Positions 37,869 to 48,499 are shown, counted from the first letter of the stretch. The stretch: 64,000 nucleotides of DNA from an uncultured Chloroflexia bacterium (GCA_963773405.1 CAVZAQ010000007.1:118224-182223); one strand, 5' to 3'. A program made the numbers and translations. The notes: generated by a model from the letters alone, not told the origin.

Positions 37869-38846
37869 GTGACACGCCCCGTGATCCTGGCCGAGGGACT
37901 CCACAAGCATTTCGGCAGCACCCACGCCCTTCGCGGCCTCGATCTCGACGTAGCCGAGGGCACGATCCTGGGTGTCCTGGGCCCCAATGGCGCCGGCAAG
38001 ACGACCGCGGTCCGCATCCTCACCACCCTGATCCGCGCTGATGCGGGCCACGCCGAGGTCGCCGGCATCGACGTGGCGCGCCACCCCGGCGAGGTGCGCC
38101 GGGTGATTGGCCTGGCGGGCCAGTACGCCGCCCTCGACGAGCTGCTGACCGGGCGCGAGAACCTCGAGATGATCGGTCGGCTCTTCCGCCTCAGCTCTTC
38201 GGTAGCGCGCCGGCGCGCTGCCGAGCTACTCGAGCGCTTCGACCTGGCGGAGGCGGCCGACCGGATCACCAAGACCTACTCCGGCGGGATGCGCCGCCGG
38301 CTCGACCTGGCCGGCGCCCTGGTCGCGGAGCCGCCGGTGCTCTTCCTCGACGAGCCGACCACCGGCCTCGACCCGCGCGGCCGACTCTCGATGTGGGACC
38401 TCATCGCGGATCTTGCTCACGGTGGGACGACGCTGCTGATGACCACCCAGTACCTCGAGGAGGCGGATCGGCTGGCGGACGACATCGCGGTGATCGACCA
38501 CGGGAAGGTGATCGCCCGCGGGACCGCGGCCGAGCTGAAGCGCCGCACCGGCGGCGAGCGGCTGGAGGTCGTGGCAGGGGTGGACGCGGACCTGTCGCGG
38601 ACGGCCGCAGTGCTCGAGACGCTCTCCGGTGCGGCGGCCTACGTCGACGCGAGTGCCCGCCACGTGAGCGTGCCGGTCACGGCCCACGGCGGCCTCCTGA
38701 CCAGGGCGGTCCGCGAGCTGGATGCGGCGGGGATCGATGTGGACGACATCGGTTACCGGCGACCCACGCTCGACGAGGTCTTCCTGGCCATCACCGGGAA
38801 GCCCATCGATGGCACCGCCTCTCCCGAGGAGGAGCCGGCGGCATGA
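37869..38846 (+). CDS. ABC transporter ATP-binding protein (DrrA-like), second copy
   Basis: GTG start. Walker [10 protein letters not shown], signature YSGGMRRRL and Walker [13 protein letters not shown] are present. The C-terminal regulatory domain is intact and ends ...[14 protein letters not shown]. Confidence 0.9.
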   Translation: MTRPVILAEGLHKHFGSTHALRGLDLDVAEGTILGVLGPNGAGKTTAVRILTTLIRADAGHAEVAGIDVARHPGEVRRVIGLAGQYAALDELLTGRENLEMIGRLFRLSSSVARRRAAELLERFDLAEAADRITKTYSGGMRRRLDLAGALVAEPPVLFLDEPTTGLDPRGRLSMWDLIADLAHGGTTLLMTTQYLEEADRLADDIAVIDHGKVIARGTAAELKRRTGGERLEVVAGVDADLSRTAAVLETLSGAAAYVDASARHVSVPVTAHGGLLTRAVRELDAAGIDVDDIGYRRPTLDEVFLAITGKPIDGTASPEEEPAA

Positions 38847-39614
38847 GCCTGCGCTGGTGGCTGGCGGACTCGATCGAGATGGTGAAGCGCAACCTGCGCC
38901 ACATCCGGCGCACGCCGGAGCTGCTCCTGGACGTGACCGTGCAGCCGATCATGTTCGTGCTGCTCTTCCGCTACGTCTTCGGCGGCGCCATCGCCGTCGC
39001 AGGGCACGAGCTACGTGAACTACCTGATGGCCGGGATCTTCGTGCAGACCATCGTCTTCGCCGCCATCGGCACCGGGATCCTGCTCGCCAACGACCTCTC
39101 CAAGGGCATGATCGAGCGCTTCCGCTCCCTGCCGATGTCGCAGTCCGCGGTCATCACCGGCCGCACCTTCACGGATCTGCTGCGGGGCATGCTGGCCATC
39201 GCCGTCATGAGCGTGGTGGGCGTCGCCGTGGGCTTCCGCCCGGAGGGCACCGTCCTCCACCTCGTTGGGGCCGGCGCGCTCCTGCTGGCGTTCGGCTTCG
39301 CCCTCGCGTGGGTGGGCGTGGCGGCCGGGGCGTGGGTTCGGACCCCGGAGGCGGTCCAGGGCCTCATCTTCCTCGCCGTCTTCCCGCTGACCTTCGCGAG
39401 CAGCGCCTTCGTGCCCACCAACACCATGCCGAGCTGGCTGCGGGCCTTTGCCGATCACCAGCCCATGACGCTGACCATCAACGCGGTCCGCAGCCTGATC
39501 CTGGGCGGCTCCGGCGGCCCGGACCTGGTGCCCGCGCTGGTGTGGAGCGCGGGGCTGCTGGTCGTCTTCTTCCCGGTGGCCCTCTTCCTGTACCGGCGCC
39601 GAACGACGCAGTAG
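38843..39614 (+). pseudogene. ABC-2 exporter permease (DrrB-like), one frame change near 39000
   Basis: [50 protein letters not shown] is in the frame of ORF 38393..39634, with an ATGA overlap onto the ATPase. The remainder (NYLMAGIFVQTIVFAAIG...RFRSLPMS...) is in ORF 39015..39614. Confidence 0.8.
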
Positions 39615-39630
39615 GGCCGACGAGCGACCG

Positions 39631-39900
39631 ATGACCCAGGAGCAGCTCGTCACCGTCACCAGCGGGACCCTCCTGCTGGGCGTGCTCGTGGCCGGGATCG
39701 CGCTGCAGGGCGGCCTGGCCGCGGTCTGGCGGGCACGATTGCTCATTCTGCTGGTGGCGCTGGCAGCGGTGCTCTGGGCCCTGCTGCGCCCGGCACTGAC
39801 ACAGGCGTTCGGGGACCTGGCCGTCTCACTCGCGGCCGGCGCCGTGGCCGTTGCGGCGATTGCGCTGGCTCGTTCGCCGCTGGTGGCCGTCCGGCCTCTA
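39631..39900 (+). CDS. possible small membrane protein (3' end uncertain)
   Basis: MTQEQLVTVTSGTLLLGVLVAGIALQGG...LLILLVALAAVLWALL has 2-3 hydrophobic helices. The ORF tail overlaps the convergent SRPBCC gene. Confidence 0.3.
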
Positions 39901-40639
39901 GGCCGTGGCGCTCTCCGCCGCGGGCTCGCCCCGGCGGGCCAGCCGCTCGACCCGGGCCGGATGCCGAGCAGCTGGCGGCGAACCATGACGAAGACGCCAA
40001 AGCCCATCAGCGGCAGGGTGTAGCGCATCCAGGGCTGCTCCCCGACACCGAACCGGGTTCGCACCCGCTCCACGAGCCGGGAGCGGTCACCGTCGAGCGG
40101 CTCGAGCACGAACGCCCAGCTCGCGGCGAATTCACCCGGCTGAGCGAGCGTCATCGCCGCGCCGGCGGCCTCACGTTGGCGGATGCCCGCTCGACGCCGG
40201 CGGCCCGAGCCGCTTCCATCTGCGACTGGACCAGGGCCGTGTCACTGTAGACCACGAGGGCGTGCTCCGGTTCGAGCACCTTCACCTCGAACCCACCGCC
40301 CGGATGGGTGGGCAGCAAATCTCCAACGGCGAGCTGCTGGAGCTCGGGCAGAATGGTGGTGGCGCTGGGCCTGCCCATGTCGATCTGGTCGTAGCTGTAC
40401 CAGCCGCCACGGCCGTAGCCCATCTGGACCAGCCAGGGCCAGACGGCGCTCACCGGCGCGTCGATGGTGATGCCCCGCGTCTCGGATGTCGCCGCGTTCG
40501 GAACGAGGTCATCGCCCGGGAGCGACTTCATCGCCTCGACCGGGGAAACGCCCCAGGTCCTCCGCCATTGGTCGAGAAGCCTCGCGACGACCACGCCCGT
40601 CGCGCCCAGCGCCGCGAGGACCAGCAACAGCCTGCGCAT
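39898..40639 (-). pseudogene. SRPBCC-fold (polyketide cyclase/dehydrase-like) protein, at least two frame changes
   Basis: MRRLLLVLAALGATGVV is preceded by GGAGGG. ...ETRGITIDAPVSAVWPWLVQMGYGRGGWYSYD... is in ORF 40151..41182. It continues as MTLAQPGEFAASWAFVLEPLDGDRSRLVERVR... in ORF 38949..40154. The hand-read end is ...ARVERLARRGEPAAESATA-stop at 39898. Confidence 0.65.
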
Positions 40640-40875
40640 CCGTGAACCCTCCAACTGCGCCGATGTCGACCCTGCTGCGTCATCGGCTTTCGAAGAGGAT
40701 GGCGGCTCGCCGGGCAATTGGCGAGGGCCATTGCGGCGTGAGTCACGGACGACGCTGCAAGCGGATCGGCTCTTGCACATTGCGTCGCCGGCCGTAGGCT
40801 GCCCCGCATGGGAGGGAGCGGTTCGCGCCAGCACCACGGATGGAACCCGCGTCCAGCGGCCGGCGTCTGGGTGGC

Positions 40876-42093
40876 ATGAAGCGCACTGCGGTGGCCGTGG
40901 CGACGGGACTGCTGCTGGTGCTCGCCGCCTGCCGGGGGGCAGGCAGCGGGACCACGGCCTCGCTGGACGGCACCTGGACCCTGACCAGAGCGGGACCAGC
41001 GGGACCAGCGGCGACACGGCGATCTCCCTCGTCTCCGGCCACGACATCACTCTGGTGATCGACGGCGACACGGTCAGTGGGCGCGCCTGCAATCTGATCT
41101 CCGGGACGATCTCGATATCGGGCACCGCGGTGACGCTCAGCGACCTGGCCATGACGGAGATGGCATGCGAAGGGCCGATCATGACCGCCGAGGCGGCCTA
41201 CTTCGCCGCCCTGGGCCAGGTCGACACCGGGACGCGGAGCGGCGACGCCCTCACGCTCAGCGGGCCCGCGGGTCACCCTGCGCTACGCGCTGCAGCCGGC
41301 CGTCGCCGATACACCCCTGATCGGCAGCGGCTGGGCGCTCGAGACGCTGATCGACGGGGACGTGGCCTCTTCCACGGTGGGCGAAACGCCCACCCTCGTC
41401 CTGGCAGCCGACGGCTTCGCCACCGTCTCCACAGGATGCCGCACGTTCACCGCGAGCTACCGCCTCGACGGTGAGCGGCTCACGCTCTACGACATGAGCC
41501 CGCAGAACGTGCTGTGCACCGTCGACACGGCCCCGCAGGACCAGCTCATCCGCGAGGTACTGGCGGGAGGCGCCACGGCTACCGTGCGCGGCGAGACGCT
41601 GACCCTCACCGGACCGAGTGGACGGGGCCTCCAGTACCGGGTCGCGGCCCGTACGACCGGGCCCGTCGGTGGCACCGCGGGACCGGGGGAGACCACCGCT
41701 CCGGCGAGCTCGCCGACCGTCGCGGACCCCGATCCCATCGATCGGGTCTATCCCTCCGGCAAGCCCTTGCCCCTGGTGCCGCCCATCATCGCCATCGATG
41801 GCGTGGCCGGCCGGGTCGTGACCTGGTGCGGGCCGGATTCCTGCGCGGACGGCGCCATCGACGCCGGAGCCAACCCATTGGTGACGAACCCCGGCTCGCT
41901 GGCGCTTCCGGCGATCGCGACCAGCGCGGAGGTATCGGTGCAGGCGGACGCGCAGTCGCCCGCGGTCGCGGTTCCGCTGAGCGCAGATGGGCGCATCGGC
42001 CCCATCCCGCCCGGCAGCTGGCGGTACCTGCTGGTCCACGCGCAGTTCAGCTACGGGGGCGACGGCTTCTACGCCTGGTCGCTCGCCCCCTGA
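40876..42093 (+). pseudogene. lipoprotein with two META (HslJ-like) domains plus a C-terminal domain, 2-3 frame changes
   Basis: MKRTAVAVATGLLLVLAAC carries the lipobox (ORF 40840..41058). META-1 is GRACNLISGTISISGTAVTLSDLAMTEMAC (ORF 40464..41474). META-2 is GCRTFTASYRLDGERLTLYDMSPQNVLC (ORF 41362..42093). Confidence 0.7.
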
Positions 42094-42117
42094 GTCAAAC
42101 GTCGCGCGGCCCGTCGC

Positions 42118-42675
42118 TCAGATCGCGACCCGCACCGCGGAGGCCAGCGTCGCCAGCCAGGCGACGAGCGCCGCCGTCAGCAGCACGGCCAGCACCGCGG
42201 TCGCGGGCGTTGGCAGAGCGAGCGCGCTCAGCGCGAGCAGCCCCGCCAGCATGAGCGTGGCGATCAGCGACCACCCGACCTCAACACCCAGCATCTCTCG
42301 GGCGAAGACGAGCACCGCCAGCCCCACCATCCAGGCCAGCACAGGAAGGATGCCGACGCCACCGGTAACGTAGCTGGCGTCCAGGCTGATCACGCCTGCC
42401 ACCAACAGGAGCTGCCCGATGGCCGCGACGAGGATTCCTGCCATGGCCGCGGCGCTGAGGATCCCGAACCAGGGGCCGATGTCGTCCGGGGAGAGCCGCC
42501 ACACGGCCACCACGGTCGGCAGGAGCAGGAGCAGGAAACAGGCGACGAAGACGTCGTTCACCGGTCCCCAGAACGACCCGGCGCCACCGAAGAACAGGAC
42601 CAGGGCGGCTGCTGAGATCATGATCGCGGCGGCGGCGGCGACCGTGGACCCGGCCGCCAAGTCGCCAAGAGTCAC
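42118..42675 (-). CDS. hypothetical polytopic membrane protein
   Basis: 185-aa intact ORF with about 6 TM helices. No recognised family. Confidence 0.7.
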   Translation of the reverse strand: MTLGDLAAGSTVAAAAAIMISAAALVLFFGGAGSFWGPVNDVFVACFLLLLLPTVVAVWRLSPDDIGPWFGILSAAAMAGILVAAIGQLLLVAGVISLDASYVTGGVGILPVLAWMVGLAVLVFAREMLGVEVGWSLIATLMLAGLLALSALALPTPATAVLAVLLTAALVAWLATLASAVRVAI

Positions 42676-42842
42676 GGCTGATTCGTCCCCCCAGCGCCAC
42701 GCGTCATGAGGCGCTCCAGTCTAGCGGGCGATGACCTTTGAGCCGCCCGGTTGGGCCGGCTGGCTCTGGACCGCGTGGTGACATGCACCGTCAGCCTTGA
42801 AGGCGCGCCGCCGCATCGGCAGGCGCAGGATCGGAGGGTTTC

Positions 42843-43766
42843 ATGCGACGACTGCTGGCGCTCCTGGGAGCGCTCATCCTCGTGCTCGTCCTGGTGCCCG
42901 CCGTGGCGTTGGCGCAGGACTCCCTGCCGCACAGCGGCCGGGTGCTCATCTCCACGCAGGGCGATGTCACGCTTCCTGCCGGCGAGCAGGCCGATGCGGT
43001 GATCGTCATCAACGGCACCGCGGACATCTCAGGTACGGTCGGCTTCCTGCTTGTGGTTGATGGGCACGCCGTGACGCACGGCGCCACCCTGGAGAACATC
43101 CTGGTGGTCCGCAGCTCGGCGGAGCTCGATGCCACGACCCACGTTCTCAACGACGTTCGCACCTACGACAGCTCGGTGGTGCAGGCCCCCGGCGCGCGCG
43201 TGGACGGCAGCGTCGGCGGCATAGAGGGCAACCTCGTGGGGTTCGCCTGGTTCTTCGCGGCCGCCGCGATCGTGCTCTGGATCGGCTTCGCGATCGCGAC
43301 CCTCGTTGCGGCCCTGGTCCTGGCTGCCCTGGCTGCACGCCAGGTGCGCGCCGCCGGGGCGCTGATCAGTCACGAGCCGTGGAAGACCGCGATCATCGGC
43401 TTCCTCTCGCTCTTCGCGATTCCCATCCTGGCGGTGCTGGCCATGGTCACCCTGGTCGGGATCCCGGTCGGGATCGCCCTGCTGATCTTCGTGTGGCCGA
43501 CCCTCGCGTTCATCGGCTACCTGGTGGCGGCAATCTGGATCGGGGAATGGCTGCTCGGACGCAGCAGCCCCCGTGTCGTCCGCGACCGACCGTACTTGGC
43601 TGCCGTTGTCGGCGTCTTCGCGGCAGGGATCCTGGGGTTCATCCCCATCTTTACCTTCGTCATCTCGCTCTTCGGTCTCGGATCGGTGATCCTGGCGGGC
43701 TGGCGCGTCTTCCGGGGCCGGCTGGCCGATGGGGAGATGCCCGCCCCGGCATCCACGGCCGCATGA
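42843..43766 (+). CDS. bactofilin-like (polymer-forming beta-helix) domain protein with signal peptide and C-terminal polytopic membrane domain
   Basis: The signal peptide is MRRLLALLGALILVLVLVPAVALA. The repeat pattern is VIVINGTADISGTVGFLLVVDGHAVTHGATLENILVVRSSAELDAT. Four to five TM helices follow. Confidence 0.7.
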   Translation: MRRLLALLGALILVLVLVPAVALAQDSLPHSGRVLISTQGDVTLPAGEQADAVIVINGTADISGTVGFLLVVDGHAVTHGATLENILVVRSSAELDATTHVLNDVRTYDSSVVQAPGARVDGSVGGIEGNLVGFAWFFAAAAIVLWIGFAIATLVAALVLAALAARQVRAAGALISHEPWKTAIIGFLSLFAIPILAVLAMVTLVGIPVGIALLIFVWPTLAFIGYLVAAIWIGEWLLGRSSPRVVRDRPYLAAVVGVFAAGILGFIPIFTFVISLFGLGSVILAGWRVFRGRLADGEMPAPASTAA

Positions 43767-43911
43767 GCCGCTGCGGGGGCCAATGCGGAGCGCGCGGCGA
43801 TGTTGGACGTGGAGCGCTTTGGCGCGCGGAGGCTCGATCGGCGGCGCCGGCACCCTGATGCTGTCCGACTCCGGCACCGGCGCGCCGCAGCCGGTGGAGG
43901 GCGGAAACCAA

Positions 43912-43942
43912 CAGGGGTGCCTCGTCGTGCGAGGCACCCCTG
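43912..43942 (-). terminator. strong GC hairpin, probable terminator of the convergent helicase gene (possibly bidirectional)
   Basis: A perfect 13-bp stem, CAGGGGTGCCTCG with CGAGGCACCCCTG, has a 5-nt loop. On the minus strand it is followed by TTGGTTTCC. Confidence 0.55.
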
Positions 43943-44132
43943 GGGGCGGAGGACGAGAGTGGATGTGTCCCACTCGTGACCGAGTGTGTCGTTGTCGTGT
44001 GAAGGGCTGCTAACGCGGCGAAGTCGCGTTGTCGTGCGAGCGGTTGCGCCCCTGCGGCAGACCGCGATCCACGAGGCGCCCCAGCACACGTCGACGCTCG
44101 CCCCAGCCTCCGGCGAGCTCTAGGGCCGCGGA

Positions 44133-45515
44133 CTAGCCCCGGGTTCGCTCCCCGGGGAGTCTCTGCCACTGGCCCGTCCGGTTGCCGATGGTCGAGCCGG
44201 CGTGGCTCGTCGCCGAGTGTCGCCGCGCGGGCCGTGACGAGCCCTGCTCCAGGGCGCGAGCGTGTCGAGCCCCGAGGGCCGGCGAAGCGGCCCGCAGCGG
44301 GCCGATGGCGAGCCGCGCCCCCATTCCCGCCGCCGGTTCGCAGCCTGATCGGCTCGGGCCGCAGCGATCGATCCGGCTCAAAGCCGGGCACGATCTCGGA
44401 CGGGAATCGGCGCACCCAGCATGCGCTCGATGTCTCGAAGGAGCGGCGCCTCGTCGACGCACACCAGGGAGATCGCGTCTCCCGAGACGCCGGCCCGCCC
44501 GGTGCGGCCAATGCGATGCACGTAGTCGCCGGCGACCATGGGCAGCTCGAAGTTCACGACGTGCGGCAGCTCCTCGATGTCGATGCCGCGCGCCGCGACC
44601 TCGGTGGCGATCAGCAGGGTCACGCGTCCCGCCTTGAAGTCGTTGAGCGCCCGGATCCGCTGCGGCTGCGACTTGTTGCCGTGAATCGCCGCCGTGGCGA
44701 TGCCGTCCTGCCACAGCTGCTCGGCAAGCCTGTTGGCGCCGTGCTTGGTGCGGGTGAAGACGAGCGCCTGCTCGATGGCGTGGCTCCGGACCAGGTGCGA
44801 CAGCAGCTCGCGCTTCCGCGCGCGGTCCACCGGATGCACGACCTGGGTGACCAGGTCGGTGGGCGTGTTGCGCGGGGTGACCTGGACCGATGCCGGCTGA
44901 TCGCAGGAAGCCCGCAGCCAGCGCCTGGATCTCCTGGGAGGAGGTGGCGCTGAAGAGGAGGTTCTGCCGACGCGCCGGAAGCAGGGCCAGGATGGCGCGG
45001 ATGTCGCGGATGAAGCCCATGTCGAGCATGCGGTCCGCCTCGTCGAGGACGAGGATCTCAACCGCGCCCAGGTCGATGGTGCGCTGGCGCGTGTGGTCGA
45101 GCAGGCGTCCCGGCGTGGCGACCACGATCTCGGGGCCGCGGCGCAGGGCTGCGACCTGGCCCGGGAAGCCGACGCCGCCGTAGATGGTGGTGGAGCGGCG
45201 GGGGCCGGCGCCGTAGGCGCGAACGCTCTCCTCGACCTGGATCGCCAGCTCGCGGGTGGGGGTCAGGATCAGGGCTCGGATGCGGGGCCGTTCGCCGCGG
45301 CGCTCGCCCTGGCGCTCGCCGGCGGCGAGCCGCTGCAGCATGGGAAGCACGAAGGCGGCGGTCTTCCCGGTGCCCGTCTGGGCGCCGGCGAGCACGTCGC
45401 GACCCTGGAGGACCAGCGGGATCGCCTCGCGCTGGACGGGGGTTGGGGTGGTGTAGCCCTGTGCCGAGACGGCACGGAGCAGGTCGGGCGAAAGCCCGAG
45501 TGCAGAGAAGGACAA
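44133..45515 (-). pseudogene. rhlE: DEAD-box ATP-dependent RNA helicase (RhlE-like), 2-3 frame changes
   Basis: The TTG start is preceded by AGGAG. The Q motif is GYTTPTPVQ, motif I is AQTGTGKT, motif II is [13 protein letters not shown] and motif III is SAT (ORF 44133..45746). Motifs IV-VI ([24 protein letters not shown]) are in ORF 44378..45061. The basic tail is in other frames. Confidence 0.85.
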
Positions 45516-45736
45516 GGAATCAGGCTCCTGACGAGGCCCTCCCGCGCAACGCGGGGCCCGGTCAGGGCTCAGGGATGGATCGGGATCGGGGCGGTCAGAT
45601 GATGACCGCGGCGCGGACCGGAGCGCCAATCGAACACGTTTTCGGTTCAGAGCATACACCATTGGCCCCTGCGCGTCGCCGTCACGTGCCCGCGTGGCGA
45701 TGTGGAGTACGCTTGAGGCCCAACGGAAGGCCGCCA

Positions 45737-46150
45737 ATGACTTCACTCTGCATCCATGGTTTCCGCTCCGACGAATGCGCGTCGTGCCGCGAGTGCCCGC
45801 ATGGGCTTGCCGTAAGCCGATGCGGCCGTTGCCGAGCGGCCGCCACCGCCGCCTCGCGCCGGCGCATGGTGCCCGTCACGCCCCCTGACACCGACACCGC
45901 CACCTACAACGGCTTCGAGATCGTCTTCACGCCGGCCGTAAACGGCTGGCAGGTTCGGGCGCCGGACGACACCCTGTCGCGCGAGTCGTATCGGTCCGCG
46001 TTCCTGGCGCGCAAGGCCATCGACACGCTCGCATCGGCCGGCGTCGCAGAGGCACCGGCGCGCAAGCGCCGAAGAGTAGCCGCTCGAGCGGGTCGATCCG
46101 CCCTGCCTGACCAACGCAAGGGGACCCCGGAGGTTTCCGAGGTAAGGTAA
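45737..46150 (+). CDS. hypothetical Cys-cluster (zinc-ribbon-like) protein
   Basis: Internal ATG is preceded by GGAAGG. The sequence is [33 protein letters not shown]...[22 protein letters not shown]... It is the first gene of a tightly packed four-gene string. Confidence 0.55.
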   Translation: MTSLCIHGFRSDECASCRECPHGLAVSRCGRCRAAATAASRRRMVPVTPPDTDTATYNGFEIVFTPAVNGWQVRAPDDTLSRESYRSAFLARKAIDTLASAGVAEAPARKRRRVAARAGRSALPDQRKGTPEVSEVR

Positions 46151-46154
46151 CCCG

Positions 46155-46611
46155 ATGCGGACCGATGCTGAGCTCCTGGACCTGGCGATAGCGGAGGCAC
46201 GCATCGGCAGGGACGAGGGTGGGGTTCCCATCGGCGCCGTGCTGGTGGCCGCGGACGGCACGGTGCTGGGCGCGGGCCACAACCGCAGGGTCCAGCAGGG
46301 CAGCGCCATCCGCCACGGCGAGACCGATGCTCTGGAGAACGCGGGCCGGCTTCCGGCATCTGTCTACCGGCGCTCGACCATGGTCACCACTCTCTCGCCG
46401 TGCGACATGTGCACCGGCGCGATCCTCCTGTACGGTATTCCGCGGGTGGTGGTTGGTGAGCACAGGACCTTCCTGGGCGGCGAGGAGCTCCTCCGCTCCC
46501 GCGGCGTGGAGGTCGTCAACCTCGACTCGGACGCATGCGTGGCGCTGATGGACGGCGTTCATCTCCGCGCATCCGGAGATCTGGAACGAGGACATCGGCG
46601 AGGAGGATTGA
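46155..46611 (+). pseudogene. yeast-type (FCY1-like) cytosine deaminase, CMP/dCMP deaminase fold, one frame change near 46555
   Basis: HGETDALEN...TTLSPCDMCTGAILLYGIPRVVVGE holds the zinc ligands (H, C, C). After a one-base shift the C-terminus reads FISAHPEIWNEDIGEED-stop, colinear with the Fcy1 C-terminus. Confidence 0.8.
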
Positions 46612-46614
46612 TCC

Positions 46615-47452
46615 ATGAGCGAGCCGCGGGGGGTCATCCCTCGCTTCTACTGGTACGAGAGCCTGAACGTCGAGACGTACGACATTCGCCACCCGGTGGC
46701 CATGGAGGGGACGCCCATCGCCGGGGACGTGGCCTTCTACCGCGGGCTCGCCGAGGAGGTCGGCGGAGCGGTGCTCGAGCTGGCGTGCGGCACGGGGCGC
46801 GTGGCGATTGCCCTGGCGGAGGCGGGTCTGGCGGTCACCGGCCTCGACCGCTCCGAGCCGATGCTGGCCGTGGCGCGCGAGAAGGTTGCGAACGCCGACC
46901 CCGAGGTCGCCGGTCGCGTCGACCTCGTCCTCGGGGACATGACGGCATTCGACCTGGGGCGCAGGTTCGGCCTGGCGGTGATCGCCTTCCGCTCCTTCCA
47001 GTCATTGCTGAACCCGGAGCTGCAGTCGGACTGCCTTCGCGCGATCCATGCCCACCTGGAGCCGGGCGGGCGGCTGGCCCTCAACCTGTTCGACCCACTC
47101 CTGGACAAGTGCGCGCCGGGGTCGCCACCCTTCGAGCATGCGATCTCGCGCGGTGACGTGTGGCTGCCCAACGGGCATGCGGTGCAGGTCGCCGTCACCG
47201 CCCGCGAGGTCGACCCGATCACCCAGGTGATGCGCGAGACCTGGCGATTCACCGAGATCCGACCCGGCCGGGACCGTGGTCCGCGTGGAGGACGAGGAGC
47301 TCCGCCTGCGGTGGACGTACCGGCACGAGCTGCGCTACCTCCTGGAGCTCCACGGGTTCGCGGTGGAGGCGGAGTATTCCGATTTCGCAGGCTCGCCCCC
47401 CGCCTACGGGAAGGAGCTGATCGTGGTCGCCCGGCGCGAGGAGCGCGCATGA
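46615..47452 (+). pseudogene. class I SAM-dependent methyltransferase, one frame change near 47260
   Basis: Motif I is VLELACGTGRVAIALAEAG and the post-I motif is VTGLDRSEPML. The hand-read end after the shift is ...LRLRWTYRHELRYLLELHGFAVEAEYSDFAGSPPAYGKELIVVARREERA-stop. Confidence 0.8.
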
Positions 47453-47895
47453 CCGGGCCGACCGTCGAGCCGCCGGCCCATCGACGCGTCGAACTTCCGC
47501 GCGGCGCTGGATCTGGAGGTGACCCACGCGCAGACGGCCTGGGTGGCGACCACCGCCCGCTACCTGGCCCTGTGCGGGTACGGCGGGCCTGTGGCATGCG
47601 CTGGGCCTGTATGCCGGGGAGGAGATGGTGGGCTTCGCCATGTGGGCGCTCGACGACAGCGACGGCAGCCACTGGATCGGCGGCCTGATCATCGACCGCA
47701 CGCCAGCAGCGCAAGGGATACGGCCGGGCCGCCGTGCAGGCCCTGATCTAGTGGTTGCAGCGGGAGCAGGGGGCGTCCGAGATTGCGCTCAGCTACCACC
47801 CGGCCAACGAGGTCGCCCGCCGGCTCTACGCGAGCCTGGGGTTCACTGAGACGGGCGAGCGCGAGGGCGACGAGCTGGTGGCCCGCCGGCGCTGA
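47449..47895 (+). pseudogene. GNAT-family N-acetyltransferase, several frame changes plus an in-frame TAG
   Basis: The start forms an ATGA overlap. Pieces lie in three frames (VTHAQTAWVATTARYLAL, MVGFAMWALDDSDGSHWIGGLIID, RQQRKGYGRAAVQALI-TAG-WLQREQGASEIALSYHPANEVARRLYASLGFTETGE). Motif A (R-x-x-G-x-G) is recognisable. Confidence 0.7.
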
Positions 47896-47928
47896 CGGCC
47901 GCTCGCCCAGGGGGTGGACGGGCCTTCC

Positions 47929-47984
47929 GTTCTGGCTGCTGTTCTGGCTGCTGTTCTGGTCTGCTGGCTGCTGTTCTGGCTGCC
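47929..47984 (+). repeat. 12-bp tandem repeat (GTTCTGGCTGCT)n, 4-5 units
   Basis: Units lie at 47929, 47941, 47953 (with an 8-nt insertion) and 47973. The unit equals the outer 12 nt of the family-B element terminus. Confidence 0.8.
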
Positions 47985-48125
47985 CGAACATAACGTCGCT
48001 GGGGCGGGCGGAAATCGCCCGTTGGTGCGCCTTCGCGACGCCACGTTCGCGCCGCCTGAACACCCCGTCGTGGAACCGGTGGCGGAGCGCCACTTGCCGA
48101 CGTTACGTTCTGGTAGCTCGAACAT
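47973..48125. mobile_element. family-B MITE-like element, copy 1
   Basis: The left terminus is GTTCTGGCTGCCCGAACATAACGTCGC. The right terminus is GCCGACGTTACGTTCTGGTAGCTCGAACAT, which is its inverted repeat. It is intergenic between convergent genes. Confidence 0.5.
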
Positions 48126-48328
48126 CGGTCCAGTCCACCAAAGCGCGGGCCTGGCCGACGCAGCGACGCGAGCGCCGCTTGGGCGGGGCGGCTGCAGCCT
48201 CTCCCCGGCGGTGCCCGACGATCGTTCCTGGTCAGCTCGCGACCCGAACCACTCGGCTGACCGACGAGCCTCGCCCGGTGAACCGGGTGCCCGAGCAGGC
48301 AGAACGTATCGTCGGAAGGAGGGGGTCC

Positions 48329-48499
48329 GTGCGTCCTCTCGGCGACGCCGTGGCATGCCAGCCGAAACTCAACGTCGCGGTCAACCCGAAAGAGGGGCTC
48401 GGGCACCCCGCTCAGCGACGGTACATTGGGCCACGTCACCTGCCGTCGCACACCATGGCGCGGCTGCGCGCGGCCCGAAATTCAGTAACACCGGGCTGA
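48329..48499 (+). CDS. possible small basic protein (hypothetical)
   Basis: The GTG start lies 6 nt after GGAAGGAGGGGG. The 56 codons read (M)RPLGDAVACQPKLNVAVNPKEGLGHPAQRRYIGPRHLPSHTMARLRAARNSVTPG. No family was recognised, and it lies in an otherwise unassigned 420-bp gap. Confidence 0.25.
   Translation: MRPLGDAVACQPKLNVAVNPKEGLGHPAQRRYIGPRHLPSHTMARLRAARNSVTPG

Noticed and set aside
47749-47751. TAG read as pyrrolysine or another recoded sense codon
   Set aside because: This is a single occurrence in a gene that is also frame-damaged. No pyl genes are in the window, and other genes in the window terminate at TAG, for example the ferric-reductase-like gene at 20932-20934.
48100-48125. tRNA-like fragment TGGTAGCTCGAAC
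   Set aside because: There is no acceptor stem, anticodon arm or GGTTCGA T-loop around it. It is the degenerate right terminus of a family-B repeat.
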